From NCBI GenBank assembly GCA_934086935.1, contig CAKOIQ010000002.1, positions 4,736-68,735 on the forward strand: a DNA stretch of 64,000 bases, read 5' to 3'. This DNA comes from an uncultured Bacilli bacterium (GTDB taxonomy: Bacteria > Bacillota_I > Bacilli_A > RF39 > UBA660). This document shows positions 19,940 through 28,450 of the stretch, in pieces; the stretch's first letter is position 1; the number at the start of each line of letters is the position of its first letter. The translations under genes and the position numbers were made by a program. The notes below the pieces were generated by a model, which searched no databases, had not been told where the DNA came from, and worked only from the letters and a program-made list of their open reading frames with translations.

Positions 19940-21265
19940 TTATTTTTTAAACATATTGTTTATTTTAGTTATTCCTCTTGAGGTTAAAATTTTATAGACA
20001 TAAGGTTCTTTTTTAGTTTTTATGTATTCTCCAATTTCTTCTCCTTTGTCTGTTAATCCTTTTTGAACAAATTCAAAGATTGGATTTAATTTAATCATGT
20101 CATTATCAAAACCTACTACTTCACTTATATTTGTGATTTTTCTTTTACCATCATGCATTCTTTCGATATTAATAACTAGATTAATGGCGTTTTCTATATA
20201 TTCTCTGATAGCATTAATTGGAATATCCATTCCACTCATTAAAACCATTGTTTCTAAACGATTTAGAGCATCTACTACTCCATTGGCATGTAAGGTAGTA
20301 AGAGAACCATCATGACCAGTATTCATAGCTTGTAGCATATCAAATGCTTCTTTACCACGACATTCACCAACAATGATACGATCTGGTCTCATACGAAGAG
20401 CATTGATTACTAAGTCTCTAATGGTAATAGCTGAATTGTTATTATAGTTTTCAGTTCTTGTTTCTAAACTAATAACATGTTCTTGTTCTAATTTTAATTC
20501 AGCTGCATCTTCAATTGTAATAATACGTTCATTATTACCAATAAAGCTACTTAAGATATTTAAAAGTGTGGTTTTACCAGAACCAGTACCTCCACAAACA
20601 ATAATATTTAGTTTGCCTTGGACAGCTGCTTCTAAAAATGTAGCCATCTCGGCAGTTAAGGTACCTACTCTAAGTAAATCATCAATACTTGTCATATTAC
20701 GTTTAAATTTACGAATGGTGATAACTGGTCCATTGACACTTAGTGGTGGGATAACTGCATTAATACGAGAACCATCAGCAAGTCTTGAATCAACCATAGG
20801 ATTAGATGAATCAATTGTTCTTCCAAGAGGTCCGATTAATCTTTGAATAGTTCTGATGATATGGTCATCATTAATAAATGAAACACTATTGTCTTTGACT
20901 AATTTACCATCAATTTCAACATAGATATCTTTAGGACCATTTACCATAATTTCAGTAATATTATTATCAGTTAAAAGTTCACTAATTGGACCTAGTCCAT
21001 TAATTTCATCATCAATTAAATTAAAGATATGACTTCTTTCAATGTTACTTAAATCATACCCTTCTAAGCATTCATCAATATTTTCATTAATGAATTCTTC
21101 CATGTCTCTTCCTTCAGGAACTTCTTTATCAATTAGATGTTCAATGATTTTCTTTCTTAACTCATCTAATAATTTTTTATCTGGAAAGACATCATAATCT
21201 GTAAGAGGTGTTTCTTTAATATTTTTATTTTGAAAGTTAAATATTTCTGTTAATGTTTTACTCAT
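19940..21265 (-). CDS. cpaF: Tad/Flp pilus assembly ATPase CpaF/TadA (VirB11-family)
   Basis: 441 aa with Walker [13 protein letters not shown], a Walker B/Asp box and His box (HANGVVDAL) typical of CpaF/TadA secretion ATPases. Confidence 0.8.
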   Translation of the reverse strand: MSKTLTEIFNFQNKNIKETPLTDYDVFPDKKLLDELRKKIIEHLIDKEVPEGRDMEEFINENIDECLEGYDLSNIERSHIFNLIDDEINGLGPISELLTDNNITEIMVNGPKDIYVEIDGKLVKDNSVSFINDDHIIRTIQRLIGPLGRTIDSSNPMVDSRLADGSRINAVIPPLSVNGPVITIRKFKRNMTSIDDLLRVGTLTAEMATFLEAAVQGKLNIIVCGGTGSGKTTLLNILSSFIGNNERIITIEDAAELKLEQEHVISLETRTENYNNNSAITIRDLVINALRMRPDRIIVGECRGKEAFDMLQAMNTGHDGSLTTLHANGVVDALNRLETMVLMSGMDIPINAIREYIENAINLVINIERMHDGKRKITNISEVVGFDNDMIKLNPIFEFVQKGLTDKGEEIGEYIKTKKEPYVYKILTSRGITKINNMFKK

Positions 21266-22031
21266 TGTTACCTCCTACAATATCAGTGGCAATTGTATTA
21301 AATATTTTATAATCTTTAAAATTACTATTTTTAATACAGATTATTTCACCATCTAAAGTTAAACTATCCATGTTTTTAATATGAAAATCTTTACTAATTA
21401 TATAATCAATATCAATACCAAGAATATTTTTAATATCATATAGTGAAAAATAATCTTTATCAGGATTAACACTATTATTTAAGATTAATTTATATTTTTT
21501 AATGTTATTATCATCGAAAATGTTTAACATATTTTTTAAGTTTTTTAGTGAGATTGGATCATTTGATGTCATGAAATAAACGATATTGCATTTATCTAAG
21601 GCAAAAACATTAATTTGATCTAATGAATGAGTTGTATCAATTAAGATTACATCAAATAAGTAATAACATTCATCAATTAAAATATCGATATATTTAGGAT
21701 CAATTTTATTTGCTTGTCTTGGATCTTTTGGTGCGGCTACAAATGAGATATTTTCATTATATTTAATTAAGTAATTTTCAATATCATCAAATCTATTATT
21801 GTTATAATCGTCACAGAAATTATAAATTGATTTAGTAAGGTTTGCATTTAATGAACAAGCAATGGCTCCATTGGATAAGTCTAAATCAATTATTAATACT
21901 TTTTTATTTAAATTAGATAATGTTCCCGCTAAATTAAGAATAAAAGTAGTTTTACCTATTCCTCCTTTAGCTCCGTACACACATATGCTTTTCCCCTTTG
22001 CCATGTTATTCCTCGATTTCTTTCTCAACAA
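21258..22031 (-). CDS. ParA/MinD-like ATPase, TadZ/CpaE-like
   Basis: 257 aa with a deviant Walker A (VYGAKGGIGKTT) characteristic of ParA/MinD. Its position between the tadE genes and cpaF fits TadZ/CpaE. Confidence 0.6.
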   Translation of the reverse strand: MLRKKSRNNMAKGKSICVYGAKGGIGKTTFILNLAGTLSNLNKKVLIIDLDLSNGAIACSLNANLTKSIYNFCDDYNNNRFDDIENYLIKYNENISFVAAPKDPRQANKIDPKYIDILIDECYYLFDVILIDTTHSLDQINVFALDKCNIVYFMTSNDPISLKNLKNMLNIFDDNNIKKYKLILNNSVNPDKDYFSLYDIKNILGIDIDYIISKDFHIKNMDSLTLDGEIICIKNSNFKDYKIFNTIATDIVGGNNE

Positions 22032-22398
22032 TAATTATTTCGTCATTTTCTTTATGTGCTTCAATATTTATTTGAGTACGATAACTTTTAATACCTAAAA
22101 CATTTCCAAAAAAACTTGGATATGAATGGCTATTATATATTTTTAAAGTGGTTCCATCATATGATGCATTTAACATATCAGTATCGTATTTATTTTTTTC
22201 ATATAAATTTTTAACTTCAGTTACTTTATCTGCATAACTGTTAGTTAAAACTTCTTTGGCTATTTCTTTTGATACTAAATTATATCTATTATTAGCAATG
22301 ATTATCATGACATTATCGTATACAAAAGCTAAAACAATAAAGATAATTGGTATTAAAACAATGAATAATGCCCCACTTTGTCCACGATTATTTCTCAT
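22006..22398 (-). CDS. TadE-like pseudopilin
   Basis: N-terminal RGQSGALFIVLIPIIFIVLAF is a TadE-type prepilin-like signal with a hydrophobic helix. Confidence 0.5.
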   Translation of the reverse strand: MRNNRGQSGALFIVLIPIIFIVLAFVYDNVMIIIANNRYNLVSKEIAKEVLTNSYADKVTEVKNLYEKNKYDTDMLNASYDGTTLKIYNSHSYPSFFGNVLGIKSYRTQINIEAHKENDEIIIVEKEIEE

Positions 22399-22747
22399 TT
22401 AAAATCACTCTTTCAGTTTTAATTTTATAAGGATTACCTAAGATACTACTTAATCCAGGAGTAATAAATTCATAGTTATCGGTTATTTCTAAGTATGAAT
22501 ATTTAGCATCTTTATTACTTTTAAATGTTGCTGTTTTTAAATCTTTTTGAATAAATTTAGTAATATTTTCATCAGATTCATTTTCGTTATAAAGTTTAAT
22601 AATATCTGGCATTTTACTTTCAGCGTTGTTTTTATGGCTAAAAATTATCATAGTATCAACTAATCCCATTATTATAAAAATAATAACAGGGAGAATAATA
22701 ACAAATTCAACTAATGCTTGACCACGTTTATTCTTCATTGTTATCAC
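22388..22747 (-). CDS. TadE-like pseudopilin
   Basis: MKNKRGQALVEFVIILPVIIFIIMGLVD is the canonical TadE/TadG N-terminal motif (G|QALVE, with E at +5). Confidence 0.65.
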   Translation of the reverse strand: MITMKNKRGQALVEFVIILPVIIFIIMGLVDTMIIFSHKNNAESKMPDIIKLYNENESDENITKFIQKDLKTATFKSNKDAKYSYLEITDNYEFITPGLSSILGNPYKIKTERVILNEK

Positions 22748-22827
22748 ACTTTCCTACTATAAATAAATTATAGCATAAGATAATTATTTTGTGAATTTAT
22801 TTTATTAAAAAAGTGAGTAAAACTCAC

Positions 22828-23193
22828 TTATTTAGAATAAAAATAACTTGTACAATAAGTATTACCTTTAGTTATATTACTAACATATAATATCCATTGA
22901 CTACCATTCCATGATGCAGACGTTTGAACACTATTGTTAACTGCTCCATCTGTACGACAATAAATAGTAACATTATAATTACTAGATGCTGGATAACTAT
23001 TGCTAATTACATTATCAATATAAACAGCCATTAGTTTATCATCATCTTGTTTTAATTCAATTTTATTTTCTTTGACACTTTTTTTATTTAAATATTTACC
23101 ATATGAAGCAAGCATAAAACATAAACCACTTAATATTAATAAAGTCACGATAAAATAAGTATATAATTTATCTTTATGTTTCATATTAGTCAC
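22828..23193 (-). CDS. Membrane-anchored hypothetical protein upstream of the Tad operon
   Basis: 121 aa with an N-terminal TM and a Ser/Asn/Tyr-rich extracellular part. A hairpin (aagtgagtaaaactcactt, about 22785-22806) separates it from tadE. Confidence 0.35.
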   Translation of the reverse strand: MTNMKHKDKLYTYFIVTLLILSGLCFMLASYGKYLNKKSVKENKIELKQDDDKLMAVYIDNVISNSYPASSNYNVTIYCRTDGAVNNSVQTSASWNGSQWILYVSNITKGNTYCTSYFYSK

Positions 23194-23267
23194 CTATCCT
23201 AGATAAATTATATAATAAGATAAAATTTTTTACAAGAAAAAAAATCTATCTTATGATAGATTTGATG

Positions 23268-23828
23268 TTAAGCTCTTGAAGAATATTTACCATCTTTAGT
23301 AGTTATTACGATTTTTTCTCCTTGAGAAATAAACATAGGAACTCTAACTGTATAACCAGTTTCTATTGTAGCATCTTTTAAAGCATTGTTGGTAGTATTA
23401 CCTTTAACAGCGTCAGTAGTTTCAACAACTTCATATTCAACCTTTTCAGGTAAAACAATATCTAAGATTTCTCCTTCATATGTAGGAATTTCAATTTCTA
23501 AACCTTCTTTTAAGAATTTAGCATTATCACCAATAATAGAGTCAGAAACTTCCATTTGTGAATAGTCTTCAGTATTCATAAATACATAGTCATTACCCTG
23601 TTTGTATAGATATTGCATGTGTAATCTATCTATATGAGCTTTTTCTAATTTTAAATTGGTATTAAATGTATCTTCAATAGTAGAACCAGTTTTTAAATCA
23701 CGATATTTAATTCTAACAAAAGCAGGACCTTTACCTGGTTTAACATGTTGGAACTCAACAATCATAACTAATTTACCATCTAAAATTAATGTCATCCCAT
23801 TTTTAATATCATTAATATTTACGTTCAT
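23268..23828 (-). CDS. efp: Elongation factor P
   Basis: 186 aa with the EF-P KOW and OB domains, including the conserved KPGKG loop (VKPGKGPAFVRIKYRDLKTG). Confidence 0.9.
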   Translation of the reverse strand: MNVNINDIKNGMTLILDGKLVMIVEFQHVKPGKGPAFVRIKYRDLKTGSTIEDTFNTNLKLEKAHIDRLHMQYLYKQGNDYVFMNTEDYSQMEVSDSIIGDNAKFLKEGLEIEIPTYEGEILDIVLPEKVEYEVVETTDAVKGNTTNNALKDATIETGYTVRVPMFISQGEKIVITTKDGKYSSRA

Positions 23829-23843
23829 TTAAATTCTCCTTAA

Positions 23844-24011
23844 CTATTTACTTTCTTTAAATACTTGGACTTTACGACAATTATCACAGAATTTTTTGAT
23901 TTCTAACTTATCTGGAGTGTTAGCTTTATTTTTTTCAGATGGTCTAGCATAATGACCACATACAGTACATTTTAATTCGACTCTTGCACGATTTTCATTT
24001 TTCTTAGCCAT
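23844..24011 (-). CDS. rpmG: 50S ribosomal protein L33 (55 aa, not in ORF track)
   Basis: Hand translation gives MAKKNENRARVELKCTVCGHYARPSEKNKANTPDKLEIKKFCDNCRKVQVFKESK, the L33 zinc-ribbon CxxC...CxxC. Confidence 0.8.
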   Translation of the reverse strand: MAKKNENRARVELKCTVCGHYARPSEKNKANTPDKLEIKKFCDNCRKVQVFKESK

Positions 24012-24097
24012 TTTAAATTCCTCCTTTTTTGAACATTAGTATTATAACATAAATAAATAAATTATATCAACTAAAAACGTATTTTTTGATAAATACG

Positions 24098-26023
24098 TTA
24101 TTTAAAGTAATTATTATAAACTAAGTCACTTACTTTTCTCATTACTTTAGCATTAATAGGATATTTATAATTACTAATTTTATTTTGATATTTAATGTTA
24201 GGACTGACAATAACAATAGAAAATTTAGGATTATCATATGGAGCGTACATGACATAAGAAGTATTAATAGTTTTTAAATCTATATAGCCATCATTATTAG
24301 AATCTAAAAAACTTTCTGCAGTTCCGGTTTTACCAGCACTAGTAAATTTATGAGTTGTATAAGAATAACCAGTCCCAGATTTATTTACGGCTTTTAAACC
24401 TTCTCTTATTCGATTTAAATTTTTTTCTTCAATTAGTGGTTTATTTAACACTTTATTTTCTTTTTCATAATAAATACTTCCATCAGCGTTTAAAACATAT
24501 TTTAAAAGGGATAATTCAGTTCTTTTATTAGTAGCAATAGTATTTATATATTGTGATAAACTTAGGGGTGTATAGGTGTCATATTGGCCAATAGACATAT
24601 TAAGTAATAAATCATCAGAGATAGTACTACCTTTAATACCAGTTGATTCATTAGATAAATCGATGTTTGTTTTAGTTCCTAATCCATAGGAAGATAAAAC
24701 CTCACGATATTTATTAAAATCTTCTTTAGTAGCATTTATTTTAATATTAGATTTATATTTATTACCTGTAACACCAATCGCAATAAGATACTGAAAATAA
24801 TTACTACTCATACGAAGAGCTTCTATATCATTTAAATAACCAAGAGTTTTCCATGAACATTTTGGTTTTTGATTTTTTAGGGTTACACAACTATCTTTAA
24901 CTTTAGTATTTTCACTAATAATATTATAATTATAACCTACAGAGATAGTTGCTCCTTTAACAGCACTACCAATCGTAAAAGATGATAAGACATTATTATA
25001 TGATACATCAGAGAAATTATTGTTTTTATCAATTTTTTGACCAATTAAAGAAATTATTTCACCAGTATTAGGGTCACTTACAATTAAGTAAGAAGAATCA
25101 TAATATTTAGTATTAAATTCTTTTTTAGCTTTAAGCATTTCTTCTTTTAAAATATCTTCAAGATTATTTTGAAGATTAATATCAATACTTAAAACTATAT
25201 CTTTACCCTTCTCTGGTTCTTTTACTAAAGTTAGATGATTATTTTTAAGTAAATATTTTGCTTTAGTTCCTTTTAAATAATCATCATAGATATATTCTAG
25301 ATTATTGATACCTACTCGATCATTTAAGGCATATCCTTTTTTTAGATAATAATCTTTAAGTTCACTAGGAAGACCTTGATTATATGATGATACGTTACCA
25401 AAAATACTTCTTAAGGTATCTTTATAAGGATAATATCTTTCCCAAGTAATATCAGTTCTGATGCCTTCTAGATTTAATTTATTTATTATAATATATTCTT
25501 CATCAGTTAGGTTAGTTTTAATAATTTTATCTTCGTAAGAATAACCTTTATTAAGCAAATAATAAATATAAGCTTCTTGAGGATTTACTTGAGATAATTC
25601 TTCTAAAGTTATTAAATTTAATTTTTCTTTAAGTAAGTCTTTACTAGTTATTTTACGTTCATTATATTTTGTTAAAAGGCTTGAAGGAGTCTTAGAATCA
25701 ATTTGAACTTTATGATTAAGATAATAATAATATCTTAAGTTATAATCAGTGTTGTTTGGTTTAATTTCAAGAACTTCAGATATTTTTTTAGCAATATTTA
25801 TACAGTCTTTAGTGCCTAAATTTAATTTACGAAAGATTAAAGATTTAACTCCAATATTATCAACTAAGATATTACCATTAATATCTAAAATACGTCCTCT
25901 AGGAGCTGTTAATCCTTCAATATAAGTATCTTTAACTATTTGTTTATTTTGCATGATATAAAAGACTCTGATAAAAATAATTAAATATATTAATAATATT
26001 ATATAAAGTACATTCTTTTTCAT
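24098..26023 (-). CDS. Class B penicillin-binding protein (peptidoglycan D,D-transpeptidase, PBP2B/SpoVD-like)
   Basis: 641 aa with an N-terminal TM, a dimerisation domain and a transpeptidase domain carrying STIGS-like (TIGSAVK), SxN and KTGTAE motifs. Confidence 0.8.
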   Translation of the reverse strand: MKKNVLYIILLIYLIIFIRVFYIMQNKQIVKDTYIEGLTAPRGRILDINGNILVDNIGVKSLIFRKLNLGTKDCINIAKKISEVLEIKPNNTDYNLRYYYYLNHKVQIDSKTPSSLLTKYNERKITSKDLLKEKLNLITLEELSQVNPQEAYIYYLLNKGYSYEDKIIKTNLTDEEYIIINKLNLEGIRTDITWERYYPYKDTLRSIFGNVSSYNQGLPSELKDYYLKKGYALNDRVGINNLEYIYDDYLKGTKAKYLLKNNHLTLVKEPEKGKDIVLSIDINLQNNLEDILKEEMLKAKKEFNTKYYDSSYLIVSDPNTGEIISLIGQKIDKNNNFSDVSYNNVLSSFTIGSAVKGATISVGYNYNIISENTKVKDSCVTLKNQKPKCSWKTLGYLNDIEALRMSSNYFQYLIAIGVTGNKYKSNIKINATKEDFNKYREVLSSYGLGTKTNIDLSNESTGIKGSTISDDLLLNMSIGQYDTYTPLSLSQYINTIATNKRTELSLLKYVLNADGSIYYEKENKVLNKPLIEEKNLNRIREGLKAVNKSGTGYSYTTHKFTSAGKTGTAESFLDSNNDGYIDLKTINTSYVMYAPYDNPKFSIVIVSPNIKYQNKISNYKYPINAKVMRKVSDLVYNNYFK

Positions 26024-26079
26024 ATTATTATTTTGGTCATATTTTAATAAATATACATATAATAAATATAGGTGATTGT

Positions 26080-26325
26080 GTGAATATTATTGACTTATAT
26101 ATAAGTAATTTAAGAAAAGATGATATTGTTTTATTTGGAGAAAAAAATGGGATTAGATTAAGTAATCACGAACTTGATTTTACTTATAATTTTATTAAAA
26201 ATAATTATAAAGAAGTTTTAAGAAATAAAGATAGTTTTGATTTTAGTAAATATAAAAAAGAGTTTTCCGAAGAAAACTATTTAAAAATTGAAGGTTTAAT
26301 TAGAAAATATATTAGTTATTTATAA
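26080..26325 (+). CDS. Hypothetical small cytoplasmic protein (81 aa)
   Basis: Clean ORF divergent from the PBP gene and convergent with nfo. I recognise no motifs. Confidence 0.35.
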   Translation: MNIIDLYISNLRKDDIVLFGEKNGIRLSNHELDFTYNFIKNNYKEVLRNKDSFDFSKYKKEFSEENYLKIEGLIRKYISYL

Positions 26326-27196
26326 TATCGTTAATTAAATTAGGATTAAATATTCCCTCTTTAATCATTTTAATTTCTTCTTTATATGGAGGTTTATCAT
26401 TAACATAAGGTGTTTCTAAAATTTTAGGAACATCTTTTAATTTAGGGTTATTTATAATATTAATTAGGGTGTCAAAACCAATGGTACCAAAGCCGATATT
26501 TTCATGACGATCTTTATGAGATAAGATATCGTTTTTAGAATCATTAATATGAATACATTTTATTTTATCTAAACCGATATGTTTATCAAAGATATTTAGA
26601 TATTCATCAAATTTATTTAGGTTGATTCCTGAATCATTTAAATGACATGTATCTAGACATACTCCTACTTTATCTTTAAGATTAATACCTTTAATAATAT
26701 AGTCTATTTCTTCCATTTTAGAGCCTATTTCTGTACCTTTGCCTGCCATTGTTTCAAGTAAGATCATTGTGGTGTCATTAGGCTTTAAAATATCATTTAA
26801 AGCATCAATAATATTAGTTATAGCCGTTAATGGTTCTTGGCCTACTGCTGAACCTGGGTGTAAGACTAAATATTTAACATTTAATAGTTCACAACGATCT
26901 AATTCGTTTCTTAAAAATTCTTTACTAAAACGATATTTTGATTCGTCTAAACGATTAGCTAGATTAACTATATATGGAGCATGACAAATAACATTTTCTA
27001 AAGCAATATTATTTTCTTTCATTAAGTTATATGCTTCTAAAGTATACATATCATTAATGGCACTTCTTTTAGTATTTTGAGGAGCACCAGTATAAAACAT
27101 AAAAGTATTAGCTCCATATGAAATTGCTTCTTTTGTACTTGCTAGTAGTTGTTCATTATTAAATTTAACATGACTTCCAATAATCATTTTAATCAC
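26312..27196 (-). CDS. nfo: Endonuclease IV (deoxyribonuclease IV)
   Basis: 294-aa TIM-barrel AP endonuclease with conserved His/Asp/Glu metal ligands (HAPYIVNLA, LVLHPGS, LETMAGKG, CLDTCHL). Confidence 0.85.
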   Translation of the reverse strand: MIKMIIGSHVKFNNEQLLASTKEAISYGANTFMFYTGAPQNTKRSAINDMYTLEAYNLMKENNIALENVICHAPYIVNLANRLDESKYRFSKEFLRNELDRCELLNVKYLVLHPGSAVGQEPLTAITNIIDALNDILKPNDTTMILLETMAGKGTEIGSKMEEIDYIIKGINLKDKVGVCLDTCHLNDSGINLNKFDEYLNIFDKHIGLDKIKCIHINDSKNDILSHKDRHENIGFGTIGFDTLINIINNPKLKDVPKILETPYVNDKPPYKEEIKMIKEGIFNPNLINDIINN

Positions 27197-27242
27197 CTAG
27201 TAAATTATAGCATAAAAAAATTAAAGTTTAAAACTTTAATTT

Positions 27243-27758
27243 TTATTTTGTTAATCCATTCTCTGTGATATAAGAATCGATTTCAGTAACTCTTTGTGAA
27301 TAAAGTGTTTTATCTCCAGCAGTATCACTTTGATAATTTTTATTACCTGCTGGTGCTACTGCTAAACATTCAGCGTTAAGTTGTTCCTCATTACAAGTAG
27401 TTTTTTTCCATGCTTCTAATTGATCATATGATCTTGCAGAAGCAGCATAGTCACTATTATAGAAATAAACAGTATAGTTATCACCATTAACTGCTACATA
27501 TCCAGTATATTGTCCAGTTGATTTAGCTAAATCTTTAAAACTATAAGCAGATTGAACTGGTTTACCATCTAAAGCATCACCTTGTGCTTTACTCATGGCA
27601 GCTGTAATCATTTTTTGACCATACATTACAAATGCACTCTTCTTTGCTGAGTTCATACTGTCAATTACTGTTGGAATAGCAATAACCATAATAACAGCTA
27701 AAACTACAATAACTGCAAGTAATTCTACTAATGTAAAACCTTTCTTATTTAACTTCAT
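27243..27758 (-). CDS. Type IV pilin (prepilin-type N-terminal cleavage/methylation domain)
   Basis: MKLNKKGFTLVELLAVIVVLAVIMVIAIP is the canonical KGFTLVE class III signal. The 171-aa size fits a major pilin or ComGC-like pilin. A hairpin terminator lies at 27215-27238. Confidence 0.8.
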   Translation of the reverse strand: MKLNKKGFTLVELLAVIVVLAVIMVIAIPTVIDSMNSAKKSAFVMYGQKMITAAMSKAQGDALDGKPVQSAYSFKDLAKSTGQYTGYVAVNGDNYTVYFYNSDYAASARSYDQLEAWKKTTCNEEQLNAECLAVAPAGNKNYQSDTAGDKTLYSQRVTEIDSYITENGLTK

Positions 27759-27819
27759 TTATTATCCCTACTTTCTATAATTAAATTATAGTAAATAGTT
27801 AAATTTTTGTCAATTAAAA

Positions 27820-28041
27820 TTATTTTAAAATTTTTAAAATTGTATTTATAGTGTCAATCGTTTCTAAAAATGAATTTGCCTTTGTTACTTTTTCATTTCT
27901 TTTATTAGCTTTAAAACTATTATAAAAATCTTTATAATTTAAGGTACTTCGGTTTAATTCTTTATACCAATATGAGTTTTGATGAAGGAATTCTTTTTGT
28001 TTGGGGTCATTATTTATTTTTATTTGAATTTCAGGTCTCAT
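27820..28041 (-). CDS. YlbE-like small protein
   Basis: 73 aa with MRPEIQIKINNDPKQKEFLHQNSYWYKELNR..., resembling B. subtilis YlbE as I recall it (MRAEVQAYINKDPQKRQFLRENPIWYRKL). It is paired with a YlbD-like gene. Confidence 0.45.
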   Translation of the reverse strand: MRPEIQIKINNDPKQKEFLHQNSYWYKELNRSTLNYKDFYNSFKANKRNEKVTKANSFLETIDTINTILKILK

Positions 28042-28404
28042 CTAATCTCCAAAGAATTTAGTGATAGGTCTAGGGGTTTTAGGAACACTGGTTGGAATGC
28101 TTGGAGTTTTTGAAGTACTTGTTAGTTCTTGAATAACATTAATAGCTTTTTGAGCATTATTTATATATTTTTGAACATTATCCATATTAATATTTTTAAC
28201 TAAACTAGTTAGTTCTTGGATGGGTACTGCTCTTTTATCTTCGGCTATATCTGGTTCTTTAAATTTAGACCAAGCACTTTCTTCTTCACCATACATATCA
28301 TAGATTTCATAAAAATCTTGCCAGGTATTTTTTTTATCTCTAACATAGTTTATTAATTCAGGATGTTTACTTGCAAATGTTTTAAATTCTTCTTTTTTAC
28401 TCAT
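28042..28404 (-). CDS. YlbD-like putative spore coat protein
   Basis: 120 aa with ...KHPELINYVRDKKNTWQDFYEIYDMYGEEESAWSKF, resembling the YlbD family (KEHPxLIKEVRxGxxTWQxxYEEWYLxGEE). It sits immediately upstream of the ylbE-like gene. Confidence 0.45.
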   Translation of the reverse strand: MSKKEEFKTFASKHPELINYVRDKKNTWQDFYEIYDMYGEEESAWSKFKEPDIAEDKRAVPIQELTSLVKNINMDNVQKYINNAQKAINVIQELTSTSKTPSIPTSVPKTPRPITKFFGD

Positions 28405-28450
28405 ATAAAAACCACCTATTTAATTATATTTAAATAAGTGGTTTTTTAGA

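Noticed and set aside
22748-22827. Hidden Flp prepilin micro-ORF between the hypothetical gene and tadE
   Set aside because: The 80-nt gap is taken up by a terminator hairpin (aagtgagtaaaactcactt) and promoter elements. No ATG-initiated ORF with a G|xxxxE signature fits.
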